The position numbers were made by a program, and so were the translations under genes. The notes below the pieces were generated by a model. The model did not search any database. It saw only the letters and a program-made list of their open reading frames with translations, and had not been told where the DNA came from. Of a stretch of 32,000 nucleotides of DNA, positions 27,335 to 32,000 are shown one piece after another. The stretch comes from Raphidiopsis brookii D9 (GTDB lineage Bacteria; Cyanobacteriota; Cyanobacteriia; Cyanobacteriales; Nostocaceae). Positions within the stretch are counted from its first letter, which is position 1. Every line of letters starts with the position of its first letter. The stretch is taken from the NCBI GenBank assembly GCA_000175855.1, contig ACYB01000004.1, forward strand, positions 30,001 to 62,000, given 5' to 3'.

Positions 27335-28582
27335 ATGACAGACTATAAACGTAAGCGCGTTGTTGTAACAGGTGTTGGCGCGATTACACCTATTGGTAAA
27401 ACACCCTGGGAATATTGGGAAGGACTCTTAGACGGAAGGAATGGGATAGACTACATCACAGCATTTGATCCGTCCAAGCATGACTGCCGAATCGCGGGAG
27501 AGGTGAAGAAATTTGACCCCTGTGATTACATGGAAAAGAAAGAAGCTAAACGTACAGACCGGTTTGCGCAATTTGGCATTGCGGCAGCCAAACAAGCTCT
27601 TTCGGACGCGCAATTAGTTATCAATGACCTCAATGCCGAACATATAGGTGTCATGATCGGTTCGGGCGTGGGGGGAATTAAGGTGTTGGAGGATCAGCAG
27701 ACTGTATACCTGAATAAAGGTCCAGATCGCTGTAGTCCATTTATGATCCCAATGATGATTGCTAATATGGCCGCAGGGTTAACAGCAATTCATACGGGTG
27801 CTAAAGGTCCTAATTCCTGTGCGGTTACCGCTTGTGCTGCTGGGTCTAATGCTATTGGTGATGCTTTTCGGATTATTCAAAATGGATATGCTCAAGCAAT
27901 GATTTGTGGGGGTACGGAGGCGGCAATTACTCCTCTTTCTGTGGCTGGATTTGCTGCTGCTAGGGCTTTATCTACTAAAAACGATCCTGAAACAGCCTGT
28001 CGTCCATTTGATCGGGACAGGGATGGGTTTGTCATGGGGGAAGGTTCAGGAATTCTAATTCTGGAAGAGTTAGAACATGCTTTGACTAGAGGGGCCCGAA
28101 TCTATGGGGAAATGGTGGGTTATGGCATGACCTGTGATGCTTATCATATTACCTCTCCCGTACCAGGTGGTTTGGGTGCTGCTAGGGCTATGGAATTGGC
28201 TATGAGAGATGGTCAACTAACACCAGCTATGATTAGTTATATCAATGCCCATGGTACTAGTACCCCAGCTAATGATGTCACAGAAACGGCGGCTATTAAA
28301 AAGGCTTTGGGTGATTATGCTTACAATATCCCAATTAGTTCCACTAAATCTATGACCGGTCATCTATTGGGTGGTTCGGGAGGAATCGAAGCTGTGGCTA
28401 CAATTCTGGCGATCGCCAATGATCATGTCCCCCCTACAATACACTTGGACAATCCAGATCCAGGTTGTGATTTAGATTATGTACCCCATAAAAGTCGTGA
28501 AGCAAGGGTAGAAGTGGCCCTATCTAACTCCTTTGGTTTTGGGGGTCATAATGTGACTATTGCTTTTAGGAAGTACCATTAG
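27335..28582 (+). CDS. fabF: 3-oxoacyl-ACP synthase II
   Basis: 415 aa with KRVVVTGVGAITPIG, the active-site Cys context AVTACAAGSNAIGDA, INAHGTSTP, KSMTGHLLG and SNSFGFGGHN. The gene lies directly after acpP. Confidence 0.93.
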   Translation: MTDYKRKRVVVTGVGAITPIGKTPWEYWEGLLDGRNGIDYITAFDPSKHDCRIAGEVKKFDPCDYMEKKEAKRTDRFAQFGIAAAKQALSDAQLVINDLNAEHIGVMIGSGVGGIKVLEDQQTVYLNKGPDRCSPFMIPMMIANMAAGLTAIHTGAKGPNSCAVTACAAGSNAIGDAFRIIQNGYAQAMICGGTEAAITPLSVAGFAAARALSTKNDPETACRPFDRDRDGFVMGEGSGILILEELEHALTRGARIYGEMVGYGMTCDAYHITSPVPGGLGAARAMELAMRDGQLTPAMISYINAHGTSTPANDVTETAAIKKALGDYAYNIPISSTKSMTGHLLGGSGGIEAVATILAIANDHVPPTIHLDNPDPGCDLDYVPHKSREARVEVALSNSFGFGGHNVTIAFRKYH

Positions 28583-28589
28583 GTAATAT

Positions 28590-28630
28590 GGGGGGAAAGT
28601 TAAGACTAACTCTATACTTACTCACCCCCC
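28590..28630 (+). other. Interrupted hairpin downstream of fabF
   Basis: GGGGGG-AAA-GTTAAG...CTTAC-TCA-CCCCCC forms 6 bp, a 3x3 internal loop, then 5 bp with one bulge. It starts 8 nt after the fabF stop. No adjacent T-run follows, so its function is unclear. Confidence 0.3.
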
Positions 28631-28794
28631 AAGGCCGTTTCATCTCCAAGAAGTACTAAAAACTCATCAGATCCCGCTTGTCCATCTACAGCCAAAATGG
28701 GATGATATAAGTGCTGGGATCATTAAATAATGTCCCCCAAGCAAAAAGCCAAGCTATCAAAAATTCCTCACCCATCCTTAAAAAACAAGAGATT

Positions 28795-30807
28795 ATGGCT
28801 GTTGTAACCCAATCCCTCGAAGAACTTTGTATTAACTCAATTCGTTTCTTAGCTGTTGATGCTATAGAAAAATCTAAGTCTGGACACCCTGGACTCCCCA
28901 TGGGAGCTGCTCCTATGGCTTTTGTCCTGTGGGATAAGTTCATGCGCTATAACCCTAAAAATCCTCGCTGGTTTAATAGGGATCGTTTTGTCTTATCCGC
29001 TGGTCATGGTTGTATGTTGCAGTATGCTATGCTGTATCTTACAGGTTATGATAGCGTCACCATTGAGGATATTAAACAATTTCGTCAATGGGGTTCTAGA
29101 ACTCCTGGACACCCGGAAAATTTTGAAACATCTGGTGTAGAGGTAACTACTGGTCCTTTGGGTCAGGGAATTGCTAATGCGGTTGGTTTAGCTATGGCGG
29201 AAGCTCACCTAGCTGCTAAATTTAACAAACTTGGATCCACTATTGTAGACCATTACACTTATGTTATTCTTGGTGATGGATGTAATATGGAAGGTGTTTC
29301 CGGTGAGGCAGCTTCCCTAGCTGGTCACTACGGATTAGGTAAGCTAATTGCTCTCTATGACGATAACCATATCTCCATCGATGGCTCCACAGATGTTGCT
29401 TTTACCGAAGATGTATCCAAACGTTTTGAAGCTTATGGATGGCACGTCCTGCATGTGGAAAATGGTAATACGGACATAAATGCGATCGCATCAGCCCTAG
29501 AAGCAGCAAAAGCAGTTAAGGACAAACCAACCATGATTAAGGTAACAACTACCATTGGTTATGGTTCACCTAACAAGTCCAATACAGCGGGTGTTCATGG
29601 TGCGGCTTTGGGTGGTGATGAAGTAGCTTTAACCCGCAAAAATCTAGGTTGGGAATATGAACCTTTTGTGGTTCCCCAAGATGTAATTAGTCACCTAGGC
29701 AAAGCAGTGGGTCGTGGTGCTGATTATGAGAAGGAATGGAATAAGGCTTTTGCGGACTACAAGGCTAAATACCCCCAAGAAGCAGCAGAATTTGAACGTC
29801 TGCTCAGTGGTAAATTGCCCGATGGTTGGAATCAAGTTCTACCCACCTACACAGCAGCAGACAAAGCATTACCCACCCGGAAACATTCGGAAACCTGTCT
29901 GAATAAATTGGCTGGGGTTTTGCCAGAATTGATCGGTGGTTCTGCTGACCTCACCCACTCCAACCTAACGGAAATTAAGGGTGAAGGGGACTTCCAAAAG
30001 GGTCAATTCCAAAACCGTAATATTCACTTCGGGGTCAGAGAACATGCTATGGGTGCCATCTGTAATGGTATGGCTTTACATGGCTCAGGTTTAATTCCTT
30101 ATGGTGCGACCTTCCTAATTTTCACTGACTATATGCGGGCTGCTATTCGCTTGTCTGCTTTATCTGAAGCTGGAGTAATTTGGGTAATGACTCACGACTC
30201 CATTGGTCAGGGGGAAGATGGTCCAACCCACCAACCGATTGAAACCCTAGCTTCTCTGCGTGCGATTCCTAATTTGACAGTGATTCGTCCTGCTGATGGC
30301 AATGAATCTTCTGGAGCTTACACTGTAGCTATTACCAGAGCTAAACAAAATGCTCCTACCCTGTTGGCTTTCACGAGACAAAATGTTCCTAACTTAGCAG
30401 GTACATCCGTGGAGGGTGTGACTAAGGGTGGTTATATCATTCTAGATTCTCCAGGTACACCAGATATCATCCTGATTGGCACAGGTTCAGAATTAAGTCT
30501 CTGTGTAGGTGCTGCTGAAAAACTAACTGCTACAGGTAAGAAGGTGCGCGTAGTTTCTATGCCTTCTACAGACTTGTTTGAACAGCAAGATAGTTCCTAT
30601 AAAGAGTCGGTACTGCCAAAAGGGGTAACCAAGCGTCTAGCTGTAGAAGCTGGAAGCAGCTTTGGCTGGCACAAATATATTGGAATTGAAGGTGATGCTG
30701 TTAGTATTGACAGATTTGGTGCTTCTGCGCCAGGTGGCACTTGTCTGGAGAAATTTGGATTTACCGTTGACAACGTGGTAGCTAAAGCTCAAGCATTGTT
30801 GGGTTAG
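28795..30807 (+). CDS. tkt: Transketolase
   Basis: The ATG at 28795 gives [53 protein letters not shown] (the thiamine diphosphate motif) and [16 protein letters not shown] are also present. The product is 670 aa. The track ORF starts at an upstream ATG at 28711. Confidence 0.93.
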   Translation: MAVVTQSLEELCINSIRFLAVDAIEKSKSGHPGLPMGAAPMAFVLWDKFMRYNPKNPRWFNRDRFVLSAGHGCMLQYAMLYLTGYDSVTIEDIKQFRQWGSRTPGHPENFETSGVEVTTGPLGQGIANAVGLAMAEAHLAAKFNKLGSTIVDHYTYVILGDGCNMEGVSGEAASLAGHYGLGKLIALYDDNHISIDGSTDVAFTEDVSKRFEAYGWHVLHVENGNTDINAIASALEAAKAVKDKPTMIKVTTTIGYGSPNKSNTAGVHGAALGGDEVALTRKNLGWEYEPFVVPQDVISHLGKAVGRGADYEKEWNKAFADYKAKYPQEAAEFERLLSGKLPDGWNQVLPTYTAADKALPTRKHSETCLNKLAGVLPELIGGSADLTHSNLTEIKGEGDFQKGQFQNRNIHFGVREHAMGAICNGMALHGSGLIPYGATFLIFTDYMRAAIRLSALSEAGVIWVMTHDSIGQGEDGPTHQPIETLASLRAIPNLTVIRPADGNESSGAYTVAITRAKQNAPTLLAFTRQNVPNLAGTSVEGVTKGGYIILDSPGTPDIILIGTGSELSLCVGAAEKLTATGKKVRVVSMPSTDLFEQQDSSYKESVLPKGVTKRLAVEAGSSFGWHKYIGIEGDAVSIDRFGASAPGGTCLEKFGFTVDNVVAKAQALLG

Positions 30808-30836
30808 TCACCTGGCATATTTAATGGTTATATGCG

Positions 30837-30864
30837 GGGTAGGATTTTATTCCTACCCTTTTTC
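30837..30864 (+). terminator. Rho-independent terminator after tkt
   Basis: GGGTAGGA-ttttat-TCCTACCC forms an 8-bp perfect stem, immediately followed by TTTTT at 30859..30863. Confidence 0.75.
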
Positions 30865-30951
30865 TTGGTAAGTTGTCAACCTGCAACAAATTAGACTACA
30901 CTAAAAGCAGTAAAAGATAAAGAAATATTAAAATCTGTTGTTAGTGCAATC

Positions 30952-32000
30952 ATGGAATGTATCATAAATAGGCGCGCCCAATTTTCAGCAAGTCATCGGT
31001 ATTGGTTACCAGAACTTGGTGAAGCGCAAAATGTAGGAAAATTTGGTCTGTGTGCGAAATTTCCTGGACATGGACATAATTACGTGCTATTCATTTCCAT
31101 GTCGGGTGAACTGGATGAATATGGAATGGTACTTAATCTATCTGACGTGAAACAGGTAATTAAGAGTGAAGTTACCAGCGAACTAGACTTTTCTTACCTC
31201 AATGAGGTGTGGGAAGAATTTCAAGCCACCCTACCCACCACAGAAAATATTGCTAGGGTAATTTGGAACCGTTTGACACCTCATTTACCCTTGGTGCGCG
31301 TGCAGCTATTTGAACATCCCCAACTGTGGACAGAATACGAGGGGAAAGGGGAAAAAATCTCCTTAACCGCGAGAAGTCATTTCAGTGCTGCACATCGGTT
31401 AGCACCCAATCTACGTGCAGAAAAATATGGCAAATGTACCCGTACTCATGGACATAATTATCATTTGGAAGTGACTGTGGAAGGGGAAATGGATGGACGC
31501 ACGGGAACGATTGTGGACCTTGGCTGTTTACATGAAACTGTGGAACGGGAGATCCTGGAATTATTTGACCATTCCTGTATTAATGAAGACATTCCCTACT
31601 TTTCTACCTCCCATATAGTTCCTACTACGGAAAATATTGCCCGATACATGAGTGATTTGCTGCAATTTCCCATTAGTGAACTGGGGGTGAAATTGTCCCG
31701 GGTAAAATTATTTGAAAGTGACCACCTGTGGGTAGAGTATGAAGGTAAGGACTCAGAAATATTTTTTAGTGTAGCTACGGGTTTTAGTGCAGCACACAGA
31801 TTGGCCGACCCTACCCTTAGTTTGGAGAAAAATCAGACCATTTATGGCAAATGCTCTCGCATTAATGGTCACGGACATAATTATCATTTGGAAGTGACGG
31901 TTCGGGGGGAGATAGATTCAGTCACGGGAATGAGTGTTGATTTGGTGGGATTAAATCAGATAATTCAACACTATGTCATTGAACCTATGGATCATAGTTT
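30952..32000 (+). CDS. Multi-domain 6-pyruvoyl-tetrahydropterin synthase / QueD-family (T-fold) protein with at least three tandem modules; 3' end lies outside the window
   Basis: Open frame from the ATG at 30952 to the window end (349 codons). It is absent from the ORF track because it is truncated. Module 1 is aa 1-133 (FSASHRYW...GLCAKFPGHGHNY...LWTEYEGKG). Module 2 is aa 134-266 (FSAAHRL...GKCTRTHGHNYHLEV...FDHS...LWVEYEGKD). Module 3 starts at aa 267 (FSAAHRL...GKCSRINGHGHNYHLEV...MDHS). The repeat period is exactly 399 nt. Confidence 0.85.
   Translation, partial: MECIINRRAQFSASHRYWLPELGEAQNVGKFGLCAKFPGHGHNYVLFISMSGELDEYGMVLNLSDVKQVIKSEVTSELDFSYLNEVWEEFQATLPTTENIARVIWNRLTPHLPLVRVQLFEHPQLWTEYEGKGEKISLTARSHFSAAHRLAPNLRAEKYGKCTRTHGHNYHLEVTVEGEMDGRTGTIVDLGCLHETVEREILELFDHSCINEDIPYFSTSHIVPTTENIARYMSDLLQFPISELGVKLSRVKLFESDHLWVEYEGKDSEIFFSVATGFSAAHRLADPTLSLEKNQTIYGKCSRINGHGHNYHLEVTVRGEIDSVTGMSVDLVGLNQIIQHYVIEPMDHS

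Noticed and set aside
1-32000. Search for CRISPR repeats, tRNA/rRNA-like sequence, IS inverted repeats or transposase, integrase or phage genes, toxin-antitoxin pairs, and NRPS/PKS or RiPP clusters
   Set aside because: I could recognise nothing of this kind by eye on either strand. Every long ORF is accounted for by housekeeping or sensory genes. A covariance-model scan (tRNAscan-SE, Rfam/Infernal) of the longer spacers would be the decisive negative control. Those spacers are 3040..3351, 8097..8278, 10758..10948, 17349..17544, 17932..18112, 21403..21567, 22622..22867 and 28583..28794.

Overview
This window looks like ordinary chromosomal core sequence from a filamentous, Nostocales-type cyanobacterium. 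Support: 16 copies of the HIP1 octamer GCGATCGC, an AT-rich composition judged by eye, and the gene content (vipp1, menB, ispH, amt, purE, hemC, glgA, minCDE, heme oxygenase, glmM, acpP-fabF-tkt). I call 30 protein-coding loci, two of them truncated by the window edges. Three of the 30 look like decayed genes: a Ser/Thr kinase fused to a solute-binding domain that has lost its middle, a GHL10-type glycosyl-hydrolase-like gene with two compensating homopolymer frameshifts, and a four-carbon acid sugar kinase with one homopolymer frameshift. I recognised no rRNA, tRNA, CRISPR array, transposase, integrase, phage genes, toxin-antitoxin pair or secondary-metabolite cluster. I do not see a convincing novel multi-gene system here. 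The items most worth a second look are: (1) an ORF at the right edge with three tandem 133-aa PTPS/QueD (T-fold) modules in one polypeptide; (2) three gene-inactivating lesions in dispensable genes among intact housekeeping genes, which means either genome erosion or homopolymer sequencing error; (3) a CHASE2 sensor Ser/Thr kinase tightly coupled to a small 2-TM protein; (4) a Kv-type K+ channel with a C-terminal zinc ribbon. All function calls rest on my recognition of translated motifs. No database search was possible.
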